Shown in pieces: positions 25,740 to 38,685 of a stretch of 45,736 nucleotides of DNA. The stretch is from Proteromonas lacertae (Eukaryota), in the NCBI GenBank assembly GCA_002245135.1, contig NGBS01000048.1:1-45736 (forward strand), read 5' to 3'. Position 1 is the first letter of the stretch; each line of letters begins with the position of its first letter. The notes beneath the pieces were generated by a model. It worked only from the letters and a program-made list of their open reading frames with translations. It was not told the DNA's origin and made no database searches. Made by a program: the position numbers and the translations under genes.

Positions 25740-28552
25740 TCACCATTGACTATAATTCTTTGGACTAGGTTTTACATCTTCAAATCCTTCAGGAGGTAAA
25801 TCATTACTAAATATTAATGATTGCTGTTGAAGTTGTTGTTGTATATCACCTTGTGATTGAGATCTTTGCATTGAAGATGAAATTACATTATTCATTCCTT
25901 GAGGTTGAATGTATGAATTACCTATAATACCTTCAGAAGAAAGAAGTGGAGGGTTAAAATCAGAATGAATGGTATCAGATAATGTAACAGATGAAAACTA
26001 TTAGAAATAATATTTATATTATACATTTGGTATTATATAATGTCTTGGTTCTCTATCTTCCCATCTAAATACATTCAATGTATCTTTAATTACATACAAA
26101 TAATTCATTGATTTGACATACTGTGGAACAATCATAATAATTGTATAATAATTTACTGATTGTCTCCCCATCACCATTAAATATTCATTTTCATTATCAG
26201 AATATGATAAATAAATTTCTTGAACATATGGAATGAGAGGAGAAGGAATATATAATGTTATTGACAATTCTATTTCACCAACATGTAATTGTTGTTGTTG
26301 TTGTTGTTGTTGCATCATTTGTTGTTGTGTTTGTGTTGATATTGATGGTAATCGTGATTCTTTTCTATCACTGATAGTTGAAGATGAAGGAGTGGTAGAA
26401 TGTGTTGAAGATGATGATGATGATGGAGGAGGATGTAATGGAGGAAGACTCTTTGATTGTGATGGAGTTGATGAATAGGAAAAAGCAGAAACAAATTTTC
26501 CTTTATTATTATCATTAGATGATTCTTCTAATATTGATTTTGCTGTATGCAATTGTGGAGGAGTTGGAGATAACTCTAAACGATCTAATGATGGAGATTG
26601 TGATGATTGACTATTATTCATAGATTCTGAGACTGTTTCTAAATGAAATGATTTACTTTCTGAATATAGCTGACTCCAACTTGGACTTTTCTATTATAAA
26701 TTATAAAAACAAATAATAAAAATACATCAATTATTGGAGATTCTAACGAAAATGATTTTCTTTGCTATAACATAATAATAAATAAATAGAAATAGAATAC
26801 TGCAATTTTTATTACATCACCTGCATTTTGAGATGGTGATAATATATATTCTCTTGATAATGATCTATTCAATTCAGGTCTTTCTGTTGGCTGAATTGTT
26901 TCTAAGTTATTCAACTCATTTATTTGTTTTATCACATGATCACTCGAAAATGAACCAAGCAGTGGAGTGGATGATGATCTTGTCCTAGTCAACTTCATAT
27001 CGGTATTATCCTCATGATTCTAACATTTTATTATATATATATATATATTTAATTATACGTTTAAATTTTGATCTGACTGTAATGTAACAGTTGATAATGT
27101 ATTGGGAATATCTTCCAATTCTTTTATTTTTCTATCAATCACTTTAATTTCATTTGTTTTAAATCCTTCATTAGTAATAATCCTTGTTATTTGCTTTCTT
27201 TTCTTTTTATTCTTCATTTTCTTTCTAGAAGGTGATGATGTATCTTGATGGTTATTAATGCAATTATTCTGTTGTTGTTGCTGTTGTTGTTGCTGTTGTT
27301 GTTGTTTTACATCATTCTGTGAAGATGATAATTGTTTCTGCTTTGGTTGAGTATTGATTGATGTAACTGTTGATTTTATATTAATACTAATCGTATAATT
27401 CTGATTCTTGTACATTATATATATAAAGTAAGTAATTACTCCTAAAATCAATGTAATAACACTATAAAACACTCTTTTCATATTTCTACTTCTATTTTCA
27501 ATATTCCTATAATCAGCAATAAAGAAATAATTCTTTGTCTCTCTATAAAACCGTTGATTTTCTGAATATAATACTTTCAAATATCTCATTATCGTTGTAT
27601 ACATATCCTCTTCCTCTTTTGACATTGTTCTATCAACATACATCTTACCAAAACCAATACCTTTACGATCTTCTATTACATACTTATAAATGTTCATGAA
27701 AAATTTCATTTTTGGTTTTTTCTTCGCTATTTTATTGGCTGATAAAATAAACTCTTTATGTAGTTTATTACTATCCCATGTGATGTGCTTACCTACTAAA
27801 AGTAATACAGCTGTTGAATCTAGATGATTTAAGTCCTCTGTATAGTCATCACCCATATAATCAACAAATCCATTAAATCTTCTGAAATAATGACCGTATA
27901 CATCCATATATAAGTGTGGATCATTCATTTGTCTATTTTAGCATATATTTATTATGATAATAAATCATACAATAAACAACTGAATATAGTATCATAACAA
28001 TTTGAAGCAACATTAGAATCTGAACCATAAATCAATTCTGTTAATGGACAGGCTCTTCTTAAATAATAGTAAGAACTCTCATGACTTCCATAATACACTA
28101 ATATCAACCTATTAATCATTACACCATTGCATATACCTTGCCAAATATTCCAAAGATATTTCATAATACTTAATTTCAGGAATTTCATTTGACATGAATC
28201 CCTACTTGTAGTCGGAATTGTATAATTGAAGCCTAGGTAGGTGTCCTTCAACAAAATTCCATACTTTTAAATTATCTAAGAGATAATCTTGAGCTAGAGT
28301 TGTGTTCAACTATAGAAGAATAACAATTGTTCATACAACCTCCAGTGCATCCAATGCAACTAAGTAATTTATAGACGATTTTAAAACTAATTCATCTAAT
28401 TTTTCGTATGATAATTGAAGGGGTTCAAGATTATATCTCACATATGAAAAGTAATTGAAATCTGTATTTTGGATTTCAGCACTTTTGGCGCTATTGGTAA
28501 ATAATATAGATAAAGCAATTAGTAGTTGAATGAAATTCATATTCATTTTCAT
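25740..28552 (-). CDS. Single multi-exon type I membrane protein with Q/S-rich cytosolic region and CBM20-like C-terminal domain
   Basis: Signal peptide MNFIQLLIALSILFTNSAKSA; TM VFYSVITLILGVITYFIYIMY; ORF 27053-27928 splices in frame (QNLN|NHEDNTDMKL) to 26765-26998 and onward; MNYLYVIKDTLNVFRWEDREPRHYIIP resembles the CBM20 C-terminal motif. Confidence 0.65.
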
Positions 28553-28604
28553 AACCCAAAAAAGTCGCTTCATTTTTTTCGTAGAACAAGTTTTCAATTT
28601 TAAA

Positions 28605-29131
28605 ATGCAAAATTACAGTTTGAAGGTATACAAAAGCATTTTGAATGTTAATTTTATCAATAGGATAATTTAATCAATATTTATAACTGTTATAATGAAG
28701 TAAATATACAAGATTTATATTCTGGAATCTTTCAATTCTATGTAAATTTAAACCCTTCAATTCCATTAGTAGGTTGTGTATTATTTTATCATTTCTTGAT
28801 TTTAACATCATTACTATATAATGGGTATTTTTTTATAGATTATTATTTATTTGTTAATAGAAACTATCCAAATTGGAAAGCTTGGGCAATTATATCACCA
28901 GTGTTGCTCTATGGTCATTTTAAAGTAATTCAGCATTATGGTCTAGTGTATTATCCTGATTTATTCGATGTTAATGGAATTTTTCAATTATTGCTTTTTG
29001 ATGTTCCAGAACTGTTCAATCAAGGAGTTGGCTTATACTTTGTATTGACTAATATCAAACAAACATATAAGAGGTTTAAAGAGGAAGATTTAAAAGAGAA
29101 AGAAGGAAGAAAGAATCAAAAGACAGGATGA
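28605..29131 (+). CDS. Small hypothetical membrane protein (multi-exon)
   Basis: AAAATG start with GT-AG introns, hydrophobic segments and a charged C-terminus (..FKEEDLKEKEGRKNQKTG*); exon structure uncertain. Confidence 0.5.
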
Positions 29132-29311
29132 GAGAAATAATCGTAGATTAGGTTTGAGTGATCCACTTCCTAGTGGTATAAGATAAATTAAATAATTATT
29201 TATTGTATATAGTGTGTATATGTTGATAAATAATAAATACACTCTAATACAATTTCAAAAAATATACTCGTTTCTATTTTAGATTTTTTTTATTGAAATT
29301 CAGCCAATTGA

Positions 29312-32300
29312 ATGTTTGGGGTTGATATCGGTGGATTTTGTTACAATATAGCAAAAGCTTCTATTAAAGGAAGTGGTGCTAAAAACGAAAACATAACTGA
29401 TGGAGTTAGTAATAGAAACCCAAGGTATTATAGTGTCGCATATGATCTATCAATTATAGAACTTGCTGTCTCTTTTTTTCACCACAAAAGAATACCATAT
29501 GTTTTCGAACTAGTATATTTTTTGTTAAATTTATGTATTGTATAGAATAGAACAGAATTAAAGAACACTGCCATAAATGGAAAAGATATGTTAGGTTTAA
29601 AATATTCAAATTGTAATAAAATACTTGATTTATACAATCCATATCATGTAAAAAGAACTGTAAATGATGACCCTTATTTCTTAGTCAATTATCGTGAAGA
29701 TGAAATGAAAATGGGAATGAAAGACTTGTACGAGTTATACATTTATACAATTTACACCACTTTAAAAGGTCATTATAAAAAGATGCCAGATCAAGAATGG
29801 ACATTATCTATACCAGGTTATTACAATGATAATCAAAAGGCAATATTGAGAAGTTTATGTAATGTGAATAATGATTTAATGAGTATATATATATATTATC
29901 TTTTATTTTTAATAATTTTAAAATAGAATTGAAATGTAGAGATATTATTAGTGAAAGTGTTGCATTTGCATTAGGATTTTACCATGAAAGTTTGAAGTTA
30001 AAAAAAGATGAAATGCATGTGATGATATTAGCTGATATTGGTTATATAGGAATGACTGTAAGTATAGTAAGATATGAAAGAGACAAAATCGAAATATTAT
30101 GTGAAGAAAATGACTATAGCCATTTAGGTGGAAGAAATATTGATATATTATTATGTGAATATTTAAAAAAGAAAATATTGAAAGAACATAAAGAGTTAAA
30201 AGACTAAAATCGATTCTAGTGATAGTTATTCAAAGATATTGAACGTAGTTATTGATTGTAAAGAAAAACTAAGTACTTATGAAAAAATAGAGTTTAAAAT
30301 ATTGAAATTAGGTGGAGAAGTGGATTATGAGGGATGTTTAACAAATGATGAAATAATAAAAGTATTAAAAGATAGTGATATTGAAAAAAGGATGAAAAAA
30401 CTATTAGATCAATGTTTGAAAAAAGCTGAATTAAATGAATGTTATGTTCAACCAGATGAAATGATTTTAAGAGGAGGAACAAGTAAAATTCCATATATTC
30501 AAAACATATTAAATGACTATCTCTCTAAGAAACTGAATAATGAAAAGAAAGCAATAGTTTTAGAAACTGGAGATGGATTATTAAGTAGAGGTTGCATTTA
30601 TTATACTTATATACAAAATCATAAATTAAGATATATGATAATTGTTGATAAAATAAACGATGGTCCAAAGAAAGATCCAATTGTTGAAGAAGCAAATGCA
30701 CCACCACCAGTTCCAGGTAATAAAGACAGTAATAATGCTGCTGCAGTGAATAAAGGTAAAGATGCTTTAGCAATAACAAAATTAAGAGAAAGATTAAACT
30801 TATTATTAAATGAAACTAGGAGTATTACAGCATTTCTAGTTGGACATTGTGATGAAAGGACTACTTATCCATTGATTAGTGATTTATATGAAGAAATAAG
30901 TAACTTATACTATTTCACTCAAAATGCTGATAATATTGACACTTTGAAAGATAATATTCGATATGAAAGAGAGATTGATGATACTGAGAAATATCGGAAT
31001 GAAATTGATGTTCAATTAACTGGAATGAATAATGAAATTAATAAAATTAATCGATAAGACATTGATTAAACCATTAACTGGAATATGTGGAGAATTCAAA
31101 GAAGTATTTGTTTAGTGATAAAGATGAAGTGAGAAGTATACCAAAATTGAAGATATTTTATGATGTATTTATTGTTAATTATTATATTTTTAATTTAAAT
31201 AGAAAGTGTTGAATGATTATAATACTTTTAAAGAAATAGCAAAAGAAAGAATTGTTGTTGTATGTGATGATATTTCAAACATCAAAAGAAAATGAAAGGA
31301 AAATGTAATTTACAGGAAATTGAAAAAATAAGAAAGACTGTTTTAGGTTCAAAGGTTGATAAAACAACATTAGATGAATATTATAACGACTATAGTGTAT
31401 TTATTTATACAGATTATTATTATTATCATTATATTGACATAGAATGTATTATTCAAAAGACAAACTATTACTAGTAATGAATGGAATAGTTTAATCACAA
31501 TTTTAAACGAATGGATTAATTTCCTTCAAAATGTGGAAAAAGAAGATATCTATAAGCCAATATTAAACGAATTTGATGTTGGTAAATATCTGAAAATATT
31601 AAATAAGTTTGATAATGAAATGAAATCAATGACAATACAGGATATTACAATTCCATATGTTATTGATGTTTCAACTAAAATTGGTCAATTGGTAATAGAA
31701 ATATTTGACAGTTGTGTTGCTGCTATTTTATCATATTTGTATATTTATGTATATAATATTATTAGAGTCATAATAAATAATGATTATATGGCTTATCAAG
31801 ATATAGATAATGAAAATATCAAAACAATTGTTGTTATAAAACCAGAACTAGAAGAAATCACTAAAAAGAAGAATGGCGAATTGATCAATATTGAAACAAT
31901 GAATGAGATTAATGATCTTTATTTGGAATTATCAAATTCTTATAACAGTAATCTTCAAAGTATAATAAAAGAAGGTAATAAGATGATGTATATATATTTA
32001 TATATATTTATTGTTGTAATAGAAATGAAATATTAGGTGATTTGGATGAAATGCAAAACAAACCTGATGATATAAACAAACTAAATGACTATGTTATAAA
32101 GAAATTCCCTCAAAAAGAAATTGTCTACAATTCACCAACACCAGTTACTGAATGTACAAATTATTACATTGTATTACATTGTATTGTTTTTCTATTGTTA
32201 TTAGGATTTGAAATATCAATATGACTTATCTCTCAATTCTGCCAATATTCAATTTAGTGATAATTACAACACTATTCATGGATTGATTGATGGATATAAA

Positions 32301-32862
32301 ATACCAATCAAAAAACCATTCTTACTACAAATTGAACAAAAGAAAAAGACATACAAAAAGATTAGTGATGCTTATAAAATGATTGAAGAGATAAAAACAA
32401 TAGAAAAAGAGTTCTATGTAAAAATGCAAGAACAATTAGTTAAGAACTTGAAATTAGTCATTGAAATTGGTTCAACAGCAGTGTACAAGTGTCAAATGTT
32501 TGATATTTCATTCTTTGAAAAACATTTACTCACTTTAGAAGATATTGAACATTATAAAAGTGAAAATATAAACAAAATATTTGAAGATATTTGTGATAAA
32601 GCGTTGGAAATTAAACCAATCATCAGAAGAAATATGGAAAATTTGTCGAAAGCTTTGGATGTGAATAACACTGAAATTAGAAATACTATTAATGAATATT
32701 CAAAATTAACTGCTTTACCAGATAAACAACAATTGTTAAGTAGTTTGAAATCTTTTTATGATGTATGATAATATTTTCATTATTAATAATTCATAATAGA
32801 AATTCTTGGAGTATAAAGAGAAAGGATTATTACAACCAGGATTTGTTGAAAGTCCACATTAA
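29312..32862 (+). CDS. Divergent Hsp70/Hsp110-like actin-fold ATPase domain fused to a long helical C-terminal region
   Basis: MFGVDIGG, LSIPGYYNDNQKAIL, IISESVAFALGF, ILADIG, HLGGRNIDILL, CKEKLS, LRGGTSKIPYIQ, LSRGC; many short introns. Confidence 0.8.
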
Positions 32863-32886
32863 TCATATTATATATATATATATATA

Positions 32887-34643
32887 CATTGTAGTCAGTG
32901 TATTATTGGTAAAATTATCCTTAAAATCTTAAAATCAGATAATTTTCTATATTATTATTTTGTATTAATATATTTCACATTTATAATTATCTATTCATTA
33001 AAGAGTTTTAACACACATACCACCTGATTTTGAAATTTGATTTTCTTTTTAATGTTCTTTATATCCTCTTTAATAATCTATCTTGTCTATTCTTATATTC
33101 TTCAGTTATTTTCTTTGGATAAACTCTCGCTAAGTCTTTATATTCAGTCACTCTCCATATTAATCCTTGATTATTACATAACAAGCCAAACCTTTCTAAT
33201 TTTGATTTTTCATATAATACTGTATTTTCACCTGGTTTATCATTCCCTGCAAATTGTTTTTCATAATCATCTCTATCGATAACAAATGCTTCAACCCATG
33301 ATTTTGGTACATCTAAATATTCAGGTTTTTTAGCTTCACTTAAATCAGTATCTTTTGCATTACTTAAATTAATTGTTCCAGTACCACTTGCTGATGTTGT
33401 TCCTCCAGCACTACTACCACCACTTCCAGCTGCATTACTATTTTCACCATTTCCACCACTTGCTGATGCTGTAGTTGTTGCTGTTGCTCCAAGATTTAGT
33501 TCATCTTCTTCATCTTCTTCATCTTTGGTTTTAATTGCATCTTTTAATTCACTTATATCTGGTTCATAAAATACATTTCTATAATAATAAATAAATAAAT
33601 ATATATATATACTCCCAAATATCACGATTTCTTAAATTAATACCAGTACTATTTAATGGAATCTCATCTTGCATCACCTTCACCCACACATTCTCATTAT
33701 TCCAACAAAATAACATCTTTTCATACGGACTTTTATCTATATCATATATAAATCCAGTGGAAGGTTCAATAAAGATATGTTTTTCCACACTTCGTTTACC
33801 TGCTTGTACCATTACCCAACAGTGTATTCGTTTACCTGCTAATAAATCTTCTTCTTCTTCAGGATATTCTTCATCACTCTCATTTTCATCATATATTTTC
33901 TTTCTTCTTTCTTCTTCCTCTTGTTCTTTTTGTTTTTCCAATTGGAATAAACTATTTTCATATCTCTTCTTTGGTACTTGATAAGGACGATCTGGATCTT
34001 CATCTTCTTTCTTTTCTTCTTTTAATACTTCTTCAGTTTGTAATAATGGACATGTTTGTTTTAATAAGTTCTTTTCAGTAATGTACTTGGGAGCTATTCC
34101 ACATACACAATATGCATCTACACCACTGCCTAATAGTAATGAACATAATAAAACACTCATATCAAATGAATCACCTCTTCGCCATTTTAACACAATTTCT
34201 GGACTTGGTAAGTATTCAAGGTATCTAACTGGATTTTCTAATGGTTCATAGGCTAAGAAATCTGCTAGAAATACTGCAGTCTCTCTTATATCATACAAAC
34301 CACGATATGGCATTTGAGTTGGTCTAATTGTGGTACATATTTATTTTTGAACATCATATTCATTTAGTGGGAATAGCAATACTGGAGGTTTGTCAGGGTA
34401 TAATCTTTTGTATTTTGTATCGAAGTTTTGAACATATCTATGCAACAAATGATTAATATAATTTTTAAATACTCTAAAGCAAGTTCTTCTTTGAGATTAT
34501 TGGATATGTATCTTGGAGGTAAGTCATCTGTCTTTTTTAAAGCTGCAATACGAAGAGTCTTTTGAAAAGGTAGCTCTACAGAAAATATCAAATAATATAC
34601 GTCTAATTTTATAATCTTGCTGCTCTTGTTTCCCCTTTTTCAT
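32887..34643 (-). CDS. DRC7: Dynein regulatory complex subunit 7 (CCDC135), N-terminal half only; truncated or degenerate
   Basis: ICTTIRPTQMPY..LY....AVFLADFLAYEPL..P...LPSP..VLKW..GDSFDMSVLLCSLLLGSG.DAYCVCG, RIHCWVMV..GKR....IFIEPSTG, WNNENVWV, LDVPKSWV; reading degrades after RQDRLLKRI near 33060. Confidence 0.85.
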
Positions 34644-34708
34644 TTCAAAAATAGCAAAACTTGAAAAAAAAAACGATTTTGAAACGAATATTATTTTACA
34701 AATTTAAA

Positions 34709-34726
34709 GCTTGACAGACATCAAGC
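34709..34726. promoter_or_regulatory. Candidate promoter motif pair GCTTGA..TCAAGC in the DRC7/APC4 bidirectional promoter
   Basis: Inverted pair in a ~100-bp intergenic gap; the same hexamer recurs upstream of several other genes. Confidence 0.5.
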
Positions 34727-34745
34727 CTAGTTCAAAAATTTAAAA

Positions 34746-36780
34746 ATGAATCAGGATAGAACACTTTATTGTGAAAATCAAATCAAGCAGGAAATAAAAT
34801 TCTTGGTGTTAAATCCTAAAATGGATATAGTTTGCGTTGTGACTGTTTCTAATCAAATTTCTTTGTTTGTATGTTTTTAACAGTTATATGTTTTAGAGAT
34901 TCCCATCATTTGAACAAATTAGTATAATTAAAAGAAGTGAATTAGGAGGGGGAGAGTGTAGTTGCTGTATTTGGTCTTTTGATGGTATTAGATTATGTAT
35001 AGGAAATGATAAAGGTAGAATATCCATGTACAATATTGAAACATGTAAATTTGAATCAATATTATTCAATAATAATCACACTTCGAAAATCACTTCAATG
35101 TTATGGATAGAATCAGATATAAAGGTTCAAAATATAGATTACCTAATACTAAGCACTAATATTCCAGAATTAAACATTAATAATCATCAGAATACAGCAA
35201 AATCACTCTCATATTTAATAATTGGAGATGAAGTAGGAAATATTTCATTTATTCTTAATGGAGTTTATTTATTGATAAATTTACAACTAAATTCTCAAAT
35301 AAACAATATCATATTATCTCCTAATAAGTTATATATAAATACAGAAAAGAATCTATATGGTTATAATTTGGAATTTCTACAGAATAATAATTATATTTTA
35401 CATATTGTATATTCTAATAATTATTTAATATTTTTTCTAATTTTTATTAATAGATGTCTAGTAGACTTCCTTCCATTACAAAGATAATTAATCATATGAA
35501 AGATACAATTAATTCAATGAAAAGTCAATGGGAAATAGGAATTAATTCATTAAATGAAAAAATGAATGATTTTCAAACAATTATTACTAATTTTATATCA
35601 TTCTTTTTATTCTTATTTATTTTTTATTAATTTCTTTAATTTTTACAAGGTTCTGATTATTCTGTGAAAGAATATTTATGGAAATTATATTGTACAGGAA
35701 TTATTGATGATTCTATCTCTCAATTCTTCAATACAAAACTCTCAGCAATTGAAGCAAAGAATCTATACATTGATATTAATAGTTTAATAGATAAAATAAT
35801 AAAATCATTTCAATATGATATATATAAGAATTTAGAGAATATTTTATTAATCATTTCATCAATAAAGTCTTACACTGAATCTACCAATAATAATAATAAT
35901 AATAATAATGGTTTATACAATAACAATACAATAACTCAATTCATTCAATTAATAAATGATTTTGGTAAGACAATATATGATTCAATTGATTATATATTCA
36001 AATGTAAAGAATATTTTAAGATATTATTTGGATGGATTATAAAACAGGCAAAACAAGTATATTTATATATATTGTTATCTCTATATCTATATATAGATAA
36101 GTAATGACAAAACATCAGATGATATAGCAATTCCACAAATAGATTCCTCACTAGTGGAAATTGTTTTATATTCAAATTCAGAAATAGAAAGTGAGAAATT
36201 AATGAGTTATAAATCATTCTTTTATTGTAGTATTGATGATTATTTTATAACATTCAATGAAATGATTAAACAGCTTGAGAATCAAATAGAATTAATCAAT
36301 TCTGAACCACTAAATAAATGCAATTCAATGATGATAGAATCATTGAATATTAATCCGTTATGCAGTAATCTATGTAGTGTAAATGATAGGGATAATGATT
36401 ATTTATATTTATTATGTGATAATGATGAAAATTGCTTGTTGCTATTATGTATAGATTATCATACAAATCATGTAATAAAATACACTTCAATTCAGTTAAA
36501 AGAATACTCTATTATTGTTGATTATACAGTTAGTATGAAAAGAAGAGAAGTGTATATAACATATGCTCAGTCAAATGGAAATAATCTTGCAGTTAATAAT
36601 ATAGAGAATATGAAATGGGTTGAAATTAACAACAAATTAAATGATTTGGATTTTTCATCACTGAATTGGGAGTTGAATGAAGTTCATATGAATTATGAGA
36701 TAGGTGAATATGAACATATTGCCGGAAAAAGAGATTATTTAGCAGTATCATCATCAAACAACATTCAAATATATAAATAA
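34746..36780 (+). CDS. ANAPC4: Anaphase-promoting complex subunit 4 (WD40 + helical domain)
   Basis: LNPKMDIVCVVTVSNQISLF|RF, CIWSFDGIRLCIGNDKGRISMYNIE, LIIGDEVGNI...LNG, QWE, LWKLYCTG: the APC4 motif order. Confidence 0.8.
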
Positions 36781-36812
36781 TTATTCTTTTTATTGTATTT
36801 ATATTCTAACTA

Positions 36813-37047
36813 TTAAGGAAGTGGAATTTTATCACCATAAAGTTCAGATAGAACAACTGCTGTTGCAAATACTACAACTGTCACTACACTTTTTATCTAA
36901 ACTATGTCAATTCGAATATATACATTCTTATATGAAATAAATCCAAATTTTGTCTTTATTCCAGATTCTTTAACTGGTGCACTAGGCAATCCACCTCCCA
37001 TCCTATTATGGTATTATTATTATAGAATACATATTTGGCATCATCAT
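36813..37047 (-). CDS. 59-aa single-TM protein, Tom6-like candidate (three exons; not in ORF track)
   Basis: Exons 37047-37031, 37002-36924, 36896-36813 with 28- and 27-nt GT-AG introns give MMMPNMMGGGLPSAPVKESGIKTKFGFISYKNIKSVVTVVVFATAVVLSELYGDKIPLP*. Confidence 0.7.
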
Positions 37048-37152
37048 TTTTCAAAAATGAAATTTTATCGAAAATTTAAAATTGGGGTATGAAAACAATA
37101 AATATTAAACAAGTTTAAATCAACGTACATTTGTAATTTATTCAATTGCTTA

Positions 37153-37591
37153 ATGAAGCGGTTCTGTTTAATCTTATTTTTCTCATATTTGTTAGCTGTT
37201 TGTCCAAATTATTGTAGTGGACATGGTAAATGTGGTGAGAATGGAATCTGTGAATGTAACAAACAGATTGGCTTAGCTTTGAACAAAGGAAGTTTTTTAA
37301 CATATTTGTACACAGGCGCCGATTGTTCTCATCGTATCCTTATGTTGTATATAAATTGTATTAGGAACTTGTCCAGTAGGAACACCTTTTGGAGCGTTTG
37401 AAAGAGTTGAAAAATTACGAAGTGAGGGTGATGATGGATGTAGCAGTGCTCCTTGTAGAAGAGCTTTAAGTCAAAATAATTACAGATTTTTACAAGAAGA
37501 TTCAACAGCAACTCAATCCTCAGAAACTACAGCAACATCATCAATTGCAATACCATATATTATAGAGGATATGAATAAACAGGATATTTAG
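37153..37591 (+). pseudogene. 5' portion of a secreted EGF-like (tenascin/Sig1-mastigoneme-type) gene, apparently interrupted
   Basis: Signal peptide, CPNYCSGHGKC..CEC..YTGADCSH|RTCPVG.PF, S/T-rich linker, then TAG at 37589-37591 just before the element-like block. Confidence 0.65.
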
Positions 37592-37734
37592 TGTTCCTAT
37601 ACCCAAAATATCCAGTTCTGTTGAATAATTTTGCGGAAAAGTTCTACATCATAATCAGTATAGCTGTACAAATCTATAGTTTTTCTCTACAGTAGCAAAG
37701 CCCCGTAGTAGAACAGCTCACTACATCTATAAGT

Positions 37735-37752
37735 CACTAACCCTAACCCTAG
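37735..37752 (+). repeat. Short telomere-like repeat CACTAA-CCCTAA-CCCTAG
   Basis: Directly visible; matches (CCCTAA)n over 15 nt; no other such tract noticed in the window. Confidence 0.8.
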
Positions 37753-37953
37753 TTAGATCTATTTAATCATTATTATGTAATTATTTTTTTATAATATTTG
37801 ATGCATAAATCATCAAAAACATCAAGAATTTATCAAATGAATGATAAATCATCAAATAAATCAATTTTATTTTAACAATATAAAAATTGCATCTTGAATT
37901 CATTCGACATTTTCCTGAACTTTTCAGCATAAAATATTTTTTGCTTTATTAAC

Positions 37954-38685
37954 ATGTCTCACTTACATCAAATTGTTTACGTATCTGATAGTGATACAGA
38001 TAGTGATTATGAGAGAGATATTGATAGTATCTCTAATCCTAAAATCAGAAAAATTTGTAAGACAATTTATTTAGAAGATAAGGCTGCTGGTATCAAAAGA
38101 CCAAAATATAGTATAACTTATATTATATTATAATTTATAGGTGTACCAGTAACAGGTGCTTCATTTAACCCTTTTAATCCATACAGGTCTTTATCCATCA
38201 AAATTGAGTCACCCAATGGTGAGCCACCAAAAGAAAAATCACCATTATACTCACCAACAACTCCACCTGATACAGAATCAAATGTTAGACGTTTAATTAA
38301 CTCTACTGTTCAAGAGCCTCCTCTACCACCACCAATTGTTGCTCATTATGATTATCATCCTGAAGAGCCTCCAATGGTAATTGCATCATTCAGTACAAAT
38401 TTACCAGATAAGGACACCTTAACTTATGAAGAGATAAAGAAGCTGAGAAATGAGAGCTTAGTTGGTAATCGTATTAGAAACGGAAGAAAGAGAGTAAAGG
38501 CAATTAGAGAAGATTTAAGCTTTAAAATAGCAGCTGATGTAAACTTGTCAATGGACTTACAAAGATATTATGATGTAATGTTTAAGAAGAAGGAGTTAGA
38601 AGATAAGTTGTTTAAGCATCATAACCTAGAAACAAAACTCTTAAAGAAGATCACCAAGAAGGTATTACAAGATAAAACTAATTAG
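37954..38685 (+). CDS. Element hypothetical protein (Pro-rich middle, basic helical C-terminus) with one 30-nt intron
   Basis: MSHLHQIVYVSDSD..KRPKY then intron 38111-38140 (GTATAA..TTATAG) restores the frame into ORF 38374..38685. Confidence 0.75.

Noticed and set aside
30200..30240. Stop-codon reassignment
   Set aside because: Stops are explained by introns or one-base shifts; TAA, TAG and TGA all terminate genes here.
36904..37092. 62-aa plus-strand ORF
   Set aside because: Overlaps the minus-strand three-exon gene, which has canonical splice sites and a coherent product.
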